From a virus, in the IMG/VR virus record IMGVR_UViG_3300033545_000001, positions 55,393 through 119,392 of that record: a stretch of 64,000 bases of DNA; one strand, 5' to 3'. Every line of letters starts with the position of its first letter. Position 1 is the stretch's first letter. A program made the position numbers and the translations under genes. Shown in pieces: positions 46,629 through 56,087 of the stretch. Under the pieces are notes generated by a model. That model worked only from the letters and a program-made list of their open reading frames with translations, was not told the origin of the DNA and made no database searches.

Positions 46629-48059
46629 GTGAGAGGAGAAGGTAGTATGGCACCTAGTACATTCTACATTTCTCAAGGCGCTACCGCTCCTGCCATTACT
46701 GCTACTCTTATAGATCAGTATGGCAATGTTGCCAATCTGACAGGAGCGTCTGTCAGCTTCGTGATGACTAATGCCTTCTATGGTAACGCTGTTAATGCAG
46801 CAGCTACTATTGTAAATGCTGGAGCAGGCCAGGTAAGCTATTCTTGGGGTACTACAGATACAACCAATCCTGGATTATTCAGTTGTCAGTGGCAGGTAAT
46901 ATTCTCAAGCGGTGCTCAAGAGACATATCCTCAAGGATATTATAATCAGGTATCTATTTCCCCAGCATTGAATAATGGTTTCCCAGATATTATTGAGCCT
47001 TCTGTCATATTCAACACCATCTGGAACAGTATCTCGGCACCTACTTCTATTCAAGGGAACAACGGAGACTTTTGGTACGATACTGTTACTGGATATTTCT
47101 ATGGACCTAAAGCTATGGGGACTTGGCCAGCTGGAAACTTGATCAGTCCTGCCACTATTCCTCTTAATCAATTTGCTGCTCCAACAGGCAATTTGAACAT
47201 GGCCAATTTCAGTATTATCAACTTGGCTGACAATAATTTTGTAGGCTCTGTAAATACTTCTCAGGTAATCTCAGCTTTAGTTACTGGAGATGCTAACTCT
47301 CGTTGGCAGGTACAAGCTTCTGGAGCGATGAATTGGGGTCCTGGTAATGCTTCTACTGATACTAACCTGTATCGCGCAGTAGCAGGAACACTTAAAACAG
47401 ACGACAGTTTGTCTATTGGAAATCAGCTGACAGTAGCATCTTTCTCTACTTTCAATAACACAGTGACAGCTAATGCCCAGGTGGCATCCGCTAGAACTAC
47501 TGACTCTTCTGCTTTTAATGCCACATATACTACAACTTCAAATGTTACAAATGCAGCCTTTGCCTATACGGCAGTTGCCAGCACTGGACGCTTCCTGTCC
47601 ACAGCGGTAACTGCCGATACTGTAGGTAGGTTCTCAGTTGATGTAAATGGAGCTATGAGCTGGGGATCAGGTAGTGCTACGCGAGATGTGACTCTTGGTC
47701 GTACAAGTGTTGGAGTTCTCTCTGTTACTGGAGATCTAGCTGTTAGTGGGCCTTTGTACCCTAATTCAGGTACAGTTACTAATGGTTCTGCTCCTATACT
47801 TACGCCTACATTTGTAGGAGCTACAGCAGCTCAACTTTCTGATACATCGCGCGATTATATGGTGTACCTACAAATAGGTGCACCCGGATCAGGATTCTCT
47901 CTCTTGATAGGTCCTACAAGTACTCCAGCTAATACTATATTTACTAACGCTACTCCTACAGCAGGCGAATTACTTTCATTCAGGCTGCCTGCTGGGTGGT
48001 ATGTAAAGTGGGCTGGAAGTAGTACTTCTATAACTCATCAAATTGCGATTGGGTGTTAA
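46629..48059 (+). CDS. tail fiber protein
   Basis: BppU-like N-terminus and 'GD.WY...YGPKA.G.WPAG' shared with ORF 43867. Confidence 0.7.
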   Translation: MRGEGSMAPSTFYISQGATAPAITATLIDQYGNVANLTGASVSFVMTNAFYGNAVNAAATIVNAGAGQVSYSWGTTDTTNPGLFSCQWQVIFSSGAQETYPQGYYNQVSISPALNNGFPDIIEPSVIFNTIWNSISAPTSIQGNNGDFWYDTVTGYFYGPKAMGTWPAGNLISPATIPLNQFAAPTGNLNMANFSIINLADNNFVGSVNTSQVISALVTGDANSRWQVQASGAMNWGPGNASTDTNLYRAVAGTLKTDDSLSIGNQLTVASFSTFNNTVTANAQVASARTTDSSAFNATYTTTSNVTNAAFAYTAVASTGRFLSTAVTADTVGRFSVDVNGAMSWGSGSATRDVTLGRTSVGVLSVTGDLAVSGPLYPNSGTVTNGSAPILTPTFVGATAAQLSDTSRDYMVYLQIGAPGSGFSLLIGPTSTPANTIFTNATPTAGELLSFRLPAGWYVKWAGSSTSITHQIAIGC

Positions 48060-48060
48060 A

Positions 48061-48372
48061 ATGACTGAAACTACTCAGTGGACTCCTACTTATGTGAATT
48101 ATGTTGTCTGGTGCTCAGATGCTCAGTGGAGTCTTAATATTAGTTTTATGTGGGATCCCACATACTTAGAGAGTGATTTTGATACTGGCGTAGAGGGCTT
48201 TGCAGCCGCTTACGGCACTTTGCATCCAGTTATCAATATTACCAAGAGTTACACAGCTACTGGCGTGAGTTCTTATGATTATGCCTACACTGATGGCGTA
48301 GGAGCAGATGCTGGTGACGGCATAACTGAGTTTAATGAAGGCTTCTCTGGAATTGAGAATAACCAGACGTGA
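48061..48372 (+). CDS. small acidic protein
   Basis: ORF after fiber gene. Confidence 0.55.
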   Translation: MTETTQWTPTYVNYVVWCSDAQWSLNISFMWDPTYLESDFDTGVEGFAAAYGTLHPVINITKSYTATGVSSYDYAYTDGVGADAGDGITEFNEGFSGIENNQT

Positions 48373-48797
48373 GCAACAGCAAGCTTGTGAGTACTGCTGT
48401 CTTTGGATCGTTTGACGGGATGACCTCCGCAATGGGGGTCATCCTTGCTTTACTGGCGACTCCTCACGCACTGCTCTTAGGAGCTCTGGGTATTGGCATA
48501 GCCGGTGTCATAGGCATGGGCCTAGGGGAATGGCAGTCGGACAGTTCTAGCGGCTGGAAAGCCCCAATTGTGATGGCTCTGGCGAGTGGCACTGGTGTAC
48601 TTATCCCAGTTCTTCCATTCCTATTTTTGGCTGGAACGCCAGCACTCTTAGTTAGTGCTGCCCTCATTATAGTTGTCACTGCTATTATAGCTAAAGTAAG
48701 AGTTTCTGAGGATAGAAGTTATTGGAAAGCAGCAAGAGAGTCTTATACTATTTTAGTGATAACTGCTTTAGCTGTGTGGTTGGGATGTAAACTATAA
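48369..48797 (+). CDS. minimal VIT1/CCC1-family membrane protein
   Basis: 'VFGSFDG', 'GMGLGEW.S', 'G.LIP.LPF'; several hydrophobic helices. Confidence 0.75.
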   Translation: MSNSKLVSTAVFGSFDGMTSAMGVILALLATPHALLLGALGIGIAGVIGMGLGEWQSDSSSGWKAPIVMALASGTGVLIPVLPFLFLAGTPALLVSAALIIVVTAIIAKVRVSEDRSYWKAARESYTILVITALAVWLGCKL

Positions 48798-48810
48798 ATC
48801 TTTTGATTCC

Positions 48811-48996
48811 TTGGATGAATATACAGTGGAGGGATTAATGGATAATTACGGTAAGTTCTCAGAGTGTCTTGAGGAAGCTGATCGAGACTTTAGAACTGAT
48901 GTTTCCTATGCGGTTGCAGTAGCCAAGGCTGCTAGAACCATTGCTGCTAAGAGATCTATGTGGCAGTCACGTCGCTTGACAGACAGCCAAAGCTAG
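48811..48996 (+). CDS. small hypothetical
   Basis: Short ORF; ATG 48838 follows GGAGG. Confidence 0.4.
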   Translation: MDEYTVEGLMDNYGKFSECLEEADRDFRTDVSYAVAVAKAARTIAAKRSMWQSRRLTDSQS

Positions 48997-49005
48997 TGGT
49001 AGAGT
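48976..49005 (+). promoter_or_regulatory. sigma70-type promoter, leaderless geometry
   Basis: TTGACA-N18-TAGAGT, 6 nt before ATG 49012. Confidence 0.6.
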
Positions 49006-49011
49006 AGATGC

Positions 49012-50610
49012 ATGTCTCTACCTGACATTCGTAGACTCTTACCATCCGAACGCAACCAGTTGGCAGATAAGGTCAGAGACCTTCCTGACTTCAAGTTGCC
49101 CGAGCTGAAGTATTTCAACAGTTCCCCTTGTGCTCAACATACGGAAGTAGTTGTAGGCTGTAGGAACTGTGGCATTAAACCACGAGCCCACCAGCGTCAA
49201 GCCGCTGCCTGGGCTTATTTGCGCACTAAAGTCCTTGTAGCTGATCAGACTGGTACAGGGAAGTCCACTATTCTTGCCCTTCTTATTGCCATGCTTAAAG
49301 AGTCTGGGCAATTGGAAGACGGAAAGGTGCTTCTTGTGTGCAGAGCAGCAGCATTGCGTCAGTGGACTACAGAGCTTAATCGTATGCTACCTATGATCAA
49401 GACTGTTGCAGCTACAGGAACAGCTTCAAAGCGCCTGAAGATCATGCGATCTGATTGGGAAGTGATGGTTATTTCCCGAGAGACATATGTCAAGGATCAC
49501 GAAGCTTTTAACCATATTGACATTGTGGCATTGCTTTGTGACGACGTTGATTCTCTGGCTAACAGAGGCAACCAGATCTCTGTACGTCTGAAACAGCTGG
49601 CTAATCATTGCCGCTATGTATGTATTGCTAATGCTACTCCACTTTCCAAGCGTCTTGAGCAGCTGCATTCTGTTATGGAGCTGATCGGAGGAAGAGAATT
49701 CCTTGGAGGAGTGACACAGTTCAAGAACACCTATATTCAACAGGAAAAGATTCAAATGCCAGTCAGAGGTGGTCGAATGATGACTACTATGAAAACTAGA
49801 GGCTATAAAAATCTGAATCAGTTGAAGTCTCTTATACGTCCTATGGTTATTCGTCGTACAGCAGACCAACTTGCTGATGTGGATATGCCAGCTATTTCTA
49901 CTTCTACAGTGTGGCTTGATCTGCATCCTGCACAACGTGCTAAGTACAAAGAGATACAAGCAGGCATTCTCAAGATTATCAAAGAAGGCCGCATTGCTGA
50001 GATCAAGCAGCTTGAGGCTATCACAGTATGGATGAAAGCTGCTGCTACCTGTACCGGTCTTCCAGCACTTGGGGAAGATGACGGGCCAGGAGCTTCGTCA
50101 AAGCTGGATTGGATTATGGACAAGCTTGAAGGTGATCTTTCTGAAGAGAAGGTTGTTATCTTCATTCATAATAAGAGCATGGTGTTAGCAGCTAAAGATA
50201 GAATGGATGCTGCTGGAATAAAAGCTGTTGTTGTTTCTGGTATGGACAGCAATCCTACTCGTAGAGCTGAAGCTATTCAACAGTTCTGGGATGATCCTGA
50301 ATGTAAGGTGCTTATAGGTACTAGCGCTCTTCAATCATCTCTTAACCTTCAAGTGTCGAGACATCTGATTATGGCAGATACTTTGCATAATCCTGCTTCT
50401 ATTCAACAGCTTGCAGGACGTGTTCAGCGTGTCGGTTCACAATATCAGACTGTATATGTTCACCATCTATTGACTAGAGATACCATTGAGGAAGGTTTCC
50501 TAGAAAAGCTTGAGATTGAATCTGCTCTCATGGATCATATGTGGGATTCTTCAAGTGAGATCTTCCAGGCTCTTTCCCCAGAACAGATGATGAGGTTGAT
50601 TATATCATGA
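49012..50610 (+). CDS. SNF2-family helicase
   Basis: 'ADQTGTGKS', 'NATP', 'IRR', 'LNLQ', 'Q..GRVQRVG'. Confidence 0.85.
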   Translation: MSLPDIRRLLPSERNQLADKVRDLPDFKLPELKYFNSSPCAQHTEVVVGCRNCGIKPRAHQRQAAAWAYLRTKVLVADQTGTGKSTILALLIAMLKESGQLEDGKVLLVCRAAALRQWTTELNRMLPMIKTVAATGTASKRLKIMRSDWEVMVISRETYVKDHEAFNHIDIVALLCDDVDSLANRGNQISVRLKQLANHCRYVCIANATPLSKRLEQLHSVMELIGGREFLGGVTQFKNTYIQQEKIQMPVRGGRMMTTMKTRGYKNLNQLKSLIRPMVIRRTADQLADVDMPAISTSTVWLDLHPAQRAKYKEIQAGILKIIKEGRIAEIKQLEAITVWMKAAATCTGLPALGEDDGPGASSKLDWIMDKLEGDLSEEKVVIFIHNKSMVLAAKDRMDAAGIKAVVVSGMDSNPTRRAEAIQQFWDDPECKVLIGTSALQSSLNLQVSRHLIMADTLHNPASIQQLAGRVQRVGSQYQTVYVHHLLTRDTIEEGFLEKLEIESALMDHMWDSSSEIFQALSPEQMMRLIIS

Positions 50611-51341
50611 TTGAAGACAAGTATAAAAGCCTTATAGACAATCATATTGCTCTAGCTATCAGTATAGCGTTGGGAGTGTACAATACAGCTCCTCATGCTT
50701 TGGAACTGGAAGAGTTGAAAGCTATTGCTTTCTTTGGTCTTTGTGACGCGGCTGATCGTTGGCCAAGTTATTGCGAGAAGAAGGGCTATGACGCATCAGC
50801 AATTCAGTATTTCACAAAGTACTCTTCTCTCCGCATTCGTGGAGCTATTTATGATAGGTTGAGAAGCAATGATTGGGCTACTAGGTCTCTGAGAGAGAAG
50901 TCCCGTAAAATCAATCTGGCTAATATTAAAGCAGATGGACTTGACCTGAGTAATGCAGAGTTGGCAGAGATCACAGGATTGACAGAAAAGGAAGTCCGTG
51001 ATACACTTACTGGGATGTCTCGTGCTCCTGTATCGCTTGACAGTGTAGTGGCTCCATGGTCTGAGGACAGCACCAGCCCGACTTCCAATGGAAGATCCCA
51101 GGTGGCTGATTCTCAAGACACGGAAAGTACTGTAGCTGTCAATGATTTGCTGAAGACCTTCGCGGATGCTGTGAAGGCTCTTCCCTTAGAGCAGAGGCTA
51201 GTTATAGTATTGCACTATCATCAAGGTTTGGAGCTTAAGAAAGCAGCAGCCTTGATGGGAGTGACTGATGCTGTGTTAAGTTCATATCACACATCAGCAG
51301 TGATAAAGCTCTTAGAAAGTCTTCAGGAAGCAGCAGTTTAA
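50607..51341 (+). CDS. RNA polymerase sigma factor, FliA/WhiG (sigma28) family
   Basis: 'RIRGAIYDRLRSNDWATRSLR' matches FliA region 2.4; region 4 'LPLEQRLVIVLHY'. Confidence 0.88.
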   Translation: MIEDKYKSLIDNHIALAISIALGVYNTAPHALELEELKAIAFFGLCDAADRWPSYCEKKGYDASAIQYFTKYSSLRIRGAIYDRLRSNDWATRSLREKSRKINLANIKADGLDLSNAELAEITGLTEKEVRDTLTGMSRAPVSLDSVVAPWSEDSTSPTSNGRSQVADSQDTESTVAVNDLLKTFADAVKALPLEQRLVIVLHYHQGLELKKAAALMGVTDAVLSSYHTSAVIKLLESLQEAAV

Positions 51342-51394
51342 CTACTTCGAGTTGGGTCCGATGACTTATATAGTACAGCTAATTTTGGAGAGAA

Positions 51395-51748
51395 ATGGTA
51401 CTGCCAGCATTTACTTTTGAGTCAGTAGAAGAACTTCCAGCAGTGGAGATTCCGGCAGACTCACGTCAGTTCAGGGCTTTGCACAACCCTTGGACTCCTT
51501 TAGAGTTGAATGGTTTGTGGGAAATGCCCACTCAAACAGCTTTAATTTATGTAGCTCTTGGTGATAATACCTGTGCAGACTACATTAAGGTTCTTCAGAC
51601 AATGCTTGAGGTTGAAGTTACTGGGGAACTGGACTGGAATACAGTCACGGAACTTCAGCGAAGATCTCTTATCGCACCGGATGGTGAATGGAATGCCGTG
51701 ACTGTTAGAGGCATTCAGGCAGCACTCAATTCAGGAATATTATTCTAA
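51395..51748 (+). CDS. peptidoglycan-binding-like protein
   Basis: Repeated 'G.W...T..LQ' and 'DGEW..VTVRGIQAALN'. Confidence 0.45.
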   Translation: MVLPAFTFESVEELPAVEIPADSRQFRALHNPWTPLELNGLWEMPTQTALIYVALGDNTCADYIKVLQTMLEVEVTGELDWNTVTELQRRSLIAPDGEWNAVTVRGIQAALNSGILF

Positions 51749-51872
51749 TAGAGTTCCTCCTTTGGGAGGATCGCCATCCGGGCAAACGCTACCACGATGG
51801 CCAAAGCTGAGAATAACGCCCCTTTCAATTGGTCTGGAAAGGGGCGCTCAGTGTCTTCAATTAAGGAAGGTT

Positions 51873-52127
51873 ATGGCTAATAGACTTATAGTGACTCTTC
51901 ATCTCAAGAACGGGATCACTCATATGAGTGATCCTATTGAGATGGATGAGGAAGAAGTAGAACAGATCATGAGAGATGTTCAAGAAGCTCTCGAAGGTGC
52001 TGAAGGCATACTTCAATTTACTTGCAATGAGAAAACAATATTGATTAGAAATGATGCTGTTATGTCATCTACTTTTGATTATAGAGAAGTAATTGAAGAC
52101 ATTTCTAGCCATTTTGCAGGAGCTTGA
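51873..52127 (+). CDS. small acidic hypothetical
   Basis: ATG after AAGGAAGG. Confidence 0.6.
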   Translation: MANRLIVTLHLKNGITHMSDPIEMDEEEVEQIMRDVQEALEGAEGILQFTCNEKTILIRNDAVMSSTFDYREVIEDISSHFAGA

Positions 52128-52128
52128 T

Positions 52129-52347
52129 ATGCCAGCATATGATTACAGGTGTAAGGATTGTGATAGTCCTTACACCTTACAAGGAAAGATTACAGAGGAC
52201 GTTCCAATATCTGATTGTCCTCAGTGCAATTCTGACAATGTGTACAGGGTATTTTCCCCAGCACACATCAAGTTCAATGCTACTGGCTTTTACACTATTG
52301 ACAGCAAGCATGAGCAAACCTATGTGACGGAAATCAGAGGAGAGTAG
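52129..52347 (+). CDS. FmdB-family zinc ribbon protein
   Basis: 'MPAYDYRCKDC...CPQC...F...GFY..D'. Confidence 0.85.
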   Translation: MPAYDYRCKDCDSPYTLQGKITEDVPISDCPQCNSDNVYRVFSPAHIKFNATGFYTIDSKHEQTYVTEIRGE

Positions 52348-52517
52348 TGAGCAGCAAGAACTGGCTTGAAGAAGAGCTGGAAGGTTATGATGATATTGAC
52401 ATTGAAGAAGAAGTCATTGACCATCGTGATTCCAACATTCTCAAAGCCGAGCGCCATCAAAGAAAACTCCGTCGCCAGAGAGAAGCAGAGAAGCGTGAGC
52501 AAGAAGAAGCTTCATGA
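52347..52517 (+). CDS. 56-aa acidic/basic protein
   Basis: GTG overlapping previous stop, SD GGAG; below ORF-track cutoff. Confidence 0.5.
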   Translation: MSSKNWLEEELEGYDDIDIEEEVIDHRDSNILKAERHQRKLRRQREAEKREQEEAS

Positions 52518-52712
52518 CCTGAGAATTAAGGTCAGTAGTTGTAGATCACTTATGGCTTATGCGCCAGCGCAGGATTTAAGCGAATTAAAGCTTAAAGAAG
52601 GCTGGTGGGTAACTGTTGTTGGGGAATGTGAGAAACCTCACATTGCTTATGTTAATAACTATGACGAGAATCTTAATCTGTGGTTCTTTATGGTGGAGAA
52701 GGAGCCTTTGCA

Positions 52713-53744
52713 GTGAGTGGGCACACTAAATGGTCAGATGTAAAGGCGGCAAGAGGGTATGTGTCTAAGCCCAGGATTCAAACTAAGAAGACTACTTACA
52801 CCATGGATTATCCTGAGGCAGTAAAGTTTGCTGAAACTCAGATGGAAGTTTATTGGCTGCCAACGGAAATCAATTTGGAAAAGGATGTTCAGGATGTCCG
52901 AGTCAATCTTACGGATGCTGAGCGTCATGGCGTGGTTACGACACTTAAGCTCTTTACGCTGTACGAACTCCTTGTTGGTAATGAGTACTGGGGCGGGCGC
53001 GTCAAGCGTGCATTCCCGCGTCCAGATATCGAATTCATGGCCACTACATTCGGGTTTGTGGAGATTGGAATCCATGCACGATTCTACAACCGTCTGAATG
53101 AAGTCATGATGCTGGACACTGACGAATTTTATGAATCTTATGTAGATGATCCTGATCTCAAGGCTCGTATGGATTTCGTCACAGAGGTACTGACAGATGA
53201 CAATCTTCCTGTAGCACTAGGTGCTTTCTCCATGCTGGAGGGTGCTGTTCTCTATAGTTCTTTCGCATTCCTCAAGCACTTCCAATCCCAGGGGAAGAAC
53301 AAGCTTAAGAATGTATGTTCTGGTATCAACTTCTCAGTACGCGACGAGAATCTTCATGCTCTTGCTGGATCGTGGCTTTACAACACTCTGATGAGTGAGA
53401 TGGAAGCGTTGGGACAGCTCCCTGCTGAAAAGCTCCATGAGATCACAGTATCTCTTGAGGGAGTAGCTCAGTTAGTTTATGAGCATGAAGAGCGTATCAT
53501 CGATATGATTTTCGAGAATGGTCCTATTGAAGGACTTGAGCCAGAAGATATGAAGACTTTCGTCAAGTCTCGTATAAATCTATGCATGAGAAATCTGAAT
53601 TTGGAAGAGCCTTTCGAGGTTACTTCCAATCCTGTAGCTGACTGGTTCTACAAGGGAATCAATAGCTACCAATTTCATGACATGTTTGCTGGAGTTGGAT
53701 CAGAGTACAATAGAAATGTATCTGCTGATGGTTTTGAGTGGTAA
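52713..53744 (+). CDS. nrdB: ribonucleotide reductase class I beta subunit
   Basis: 'WLPTEI', 'E...HARFY', 'EG..LYSSF', 'RDENLH'. Confidence 0.92.
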   Translation: MSGHTKWSDVKAARGYVSKPRIQTKKTTYTMDYPEAVKFAETQMEVYWLPTEINLEKDVQDVRVNLTDAERHGVVTTLKLFTLYELLVGNEYWGGRVKRAFPRPDIEFMATTFGFVEIGIHARFYNRLNEVMMLDTDEFYESYVDDPDLKARMDFVTEVLTDDNLPVALGAFSMLEGAVLYSSFAFLKHFQSQGKNKLKNVCSGINFSVRDENLHALAGSWLYNTLMSEMEALGQLPAEKLHEITVSLEGVAQLVYEHEERIIDMIFENGPIEGLEPEDMKTFVKSRINLCMRNLNLEEPFEVTSNPVADWFYKGINSYQFHDMFAGVGSEYNRNVSADGFEW

Positions 53745-54297
53745 TAAATTATGTCCTGACTGCCAAGAACACAAAGATTTCACAGAGTTCGGCAGTAATA
53801 AGGCTAGGTCAGATGGAGTTGCTTCTTATTGTAGATTGTGCTACTCCAAAAGGCAGCGAGATATAAGGACTAGCCGTAAAAATAATCCAGAGGCTCCTCC
53901 AGAAAGTAAAAAGTGTCCTCAGTGCAATACTGTAAGGCACAGGGAAGACTTTACAAAGTCTTCTAATAATGTTGGAGGCCTTTCTGGATGGTGTAGAGAA
54001 TGCTCGTCTATAAATCTTATACTTAGAAAGTATAAACTGTCTAAAGAAGAGTATGACAGGCTTTTAACAGCTCAAGAGTATAAATGTGCCATAAGAGGGT
54101 GTGACAGGCGCCCAGAAGCAGTAGACCATGACCACTCTTGTTGTCCAGGAGTTGTAAGTTGCGGTAAATGTGTCAGAGGGATACTGTGCAGCAATTGCAA
54201 CAGAGGCCTAGGGTATTTTTCAGATAGTGTGCCTAGGCTACATGGAGCTATAGAATACCTAAATCTGTCAACCGACTGCTGTTCCGATTTTAGATAG
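53677..54297 (+). CDS. endonuclease VII-family homing endonuclease (true start probably near 53730)
   Basis: Two 'CxxC...F...CxxC' repeats, then 'VDHDHSCC...CGKCVRGILCSNCN'. Confidence 0.85.
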   Translation: MTCLLELDQSTIEMYLLMVLSGNKLCPDCQEHKDFTEFGSNKARSDGVASYCRLCYSKRQRDIRTSRKNNPEAPPESKKCPQCNTVRHREDFTKSSNNVGGLSGWCRECSSINLILRKYKLSKEEYDRLLTAQEYKCAIRGCDRRPEAVDHDHSCCPGVVSCGKCVRGILCSNCNRGLGYFSDSVPRLHGAIEYLNLSTDCCSDFR

Positions 54298-54335
54298 GCA
54301 GCTAGATAAACCCTTCCCTTTTTCAGGAGTGAACT

Positions 54336-56057
54336 GTGGTAAATAAGTATGAGACTCTATCGGAAGAGCGTAAGAGTTTGCAGGCCAGAGGGGAAGTACC
54401 TGAATGGTATACCACAGCTGGCTATCAACTCTTTACAGAGAAGTACACTCTTCCAGGCCAGAGTTTGAAGGATCGTTACGAGGATATTGCGGTTACAGCA
54501 GGATGTCTTGCTGATGAGATGTATTTCAAGCTGAAGCCTGAAGGATTCTATTCTTGGTCAGAAGTATTCTTTGATATGATATGGAAGGGATGGCTTTCTC
54601 CTTCCACTCCAGTATTGGCAAACCTAGGCACTGATAGAGGAATGCCTGTATCCTGCTCAGGCGGAGTTGTAGAGGACTCTGTAGCAGGATTCTATAAGAG
54701 TAGGCTGGAGACAGCTCTTCTCACTAAGAATGGCTTCGGCACCTCAGCTTATATGGGTGAGATTCGTCCTAGGGGATCTGCTATTTCCAGAGGCGGCCAA
54801 GCTTCTGGAACAGTTCCTGTTATCAAGGGATTTGTTCAGGATATGTCTGACGTATCTCAAGGCTCTACCCGTAGAGGTTCATGGGCTGGATATATCGAAG
54901 TAGAGCATGAAGATTTTGACGAAATCATTGACCATCTAAATAGCAGTCCAGACAACTTTAATATGGGTTGGAATATCACTGACAATTTCCTTAAGAAGCT
55001 TAATGCTGGTGACAAAGAAGCTATTCGTCGTTATCAGAAGATTATGAAGACTCGTACCGTTACAGGTAAGGGGTATCTTTATTTTGTAGACAAGGCCAAT
55101 GCCTTAGCTCCTATTGAAATGGCTGAACATGGCCTTAAGATTCATGCTTCCAATTTGTGTTCTGAGATTGCCCTGCCTTCTGATAAGGATCACACGTTCA
55201 CTTGCGTACTTTCCTCACTTAACGCAGCAAAGTATGATGAGTGGATTGACGCTGATTTTGATGTGGTAGCAGCTTCAACTGTGTTCTTAGACTGTGTGGC
55301 TGAAGCATTCATGCGACAGGCTAGAAATGTTGAAGGTCTGGAGAAGGCAGTAAGATTCACAGAGAAGTCTCGCGCCTTGGGACTTGGTGTCCTTGGATTC
55401 CATACTTATGTGCAGTCTCATGGCTGGGCTATGGACTCCATGCCAGCTAATACTTTCAACAATCTGCTCTTCAGCAGGATCCAAAAAAGGGCTCTAGAGG
55501 CCTCGCAGGAGATGGGTAGGGTAGCAGGTACCCCCGAGTGGTGCGAGGGCCGCAGAAACCTAACCCTTCTGGCTGTAGCCCCTACTATGAGCACTGCCAC
55601 GATATGTGGAGGAGTCTCAAATGGCATCGAGCCAGTAGTAGCCAATGTATACAATCAGGGATCTGCTGCTGGAGAGATTGAGCGTATTAATCCTGTGCTT
55701 CTTGATATTATGAAAGAGCGAGATGTATACAGTGAAGACACTATTTGGGATATGATAAATCATCAGGGATCTATCCAGCACGTAGGCTGGCTTAGTGATA
55801 ATGAAAAGAGAGTATTCAGAACAGCGTTTGAAATTGATCAATTTGTACTGTTAAGATTGGCATCCAATCGTCAAAGGTACATTGATCAGGGCCAATCTCT
55901 CAATCTGTTCTTCGCAGCCGATGAAGATCCTAAGTATATCAGCAAGGTGACCAGGGCAGCAGCGGAAGACCCCCGTATCAAGGCGTTGTACTACCAGCGT
56001 TCACAAGCAGGAGTTCAGGCCAGCAAAGATGAGAGCTGTATAGCTTGCGAGGGCTGA
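54336..56057 (+). CDS. nrdA: ribonucleotide reductase class I alpha subunit (no ATP cone)
   Basis: 'PVSC', 'SNLCSEI', 'APT', 'DQGQSLN', 'LYY', C-terminal CIAC. Confidence 0.93.
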   Translation: MVNKYETLSEERKSLQARGEVPEWYTTAGYQLFTEKYTLPGQSLKDRYEDIAVTAGCLADEMYFKLKPEGFYSWSEVFFDMIWKGWLSPSTPVLANLGTDRGMPVSCSGGVVEDSVAGFYKSRLETALLTKNGFGTSAYMGEIRPRGSAISRGGQASGTVPVIKGFVQDMSDVSQGSTRRGSWAGYIEVEHEDFDEIIDHLNSSPDNFNMGWNITDNFLKKLNAGDKEAIRRYQKIMKTRTVTGKGYLYFVDKANALAPIEMAEHGLKIHASNLCSEIALPSDKDHTFTCVLSSLNAAKYDEWIDADFDVVAASTVFLDCVAEAFMRQARNVEGLEKAVRFTEKSRALGLGVLGFHTYVQSHGWAMDSMPANTFNNLLFSRIQKRALEASQEMGRVAGTPEWCEGRRNLTLLAVAPTMSTATICGGVSNGIEPVVANVYNQGSAAGEIERINPVLLDIMKERDVYSEDTIWDMINHQGSIQHVGWLSDNEKRVFRTAFEIDQFVLLRLASNRQRYIDQGQSLNLFFAADEDPKYISKVTRAAAEDPRIKALYYQRSQAGVQASKDESCIACEG

Positions 56058-56058
56058 C

Positions 56059-56087
56059 TTGACAGTGGGACATGATTGGGGTAGTCT
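56059..56087 (+). promoter_or_regulatory. sigma70-type promoter, leaderless geometry
   Basis: TTGACA-N17-TAGTCT, 6 nt before ATG 56094. Confidence 0.7.

Noticed and set aside
51778-51852. c-di-GMP-I riboswitch (GGCAAA...AAAGC resemblance)
   Set aside because: No GNRA tetraloop or receptor, and a competing GCCATC/GATGGC stem is stronger.
53714-54297. Third case of 3'-end replacement (nrdB NVSAD vs endonuclease NLSTD)
   Set aside because: Similarity is too weak to distinguish from chance without homologous loci.
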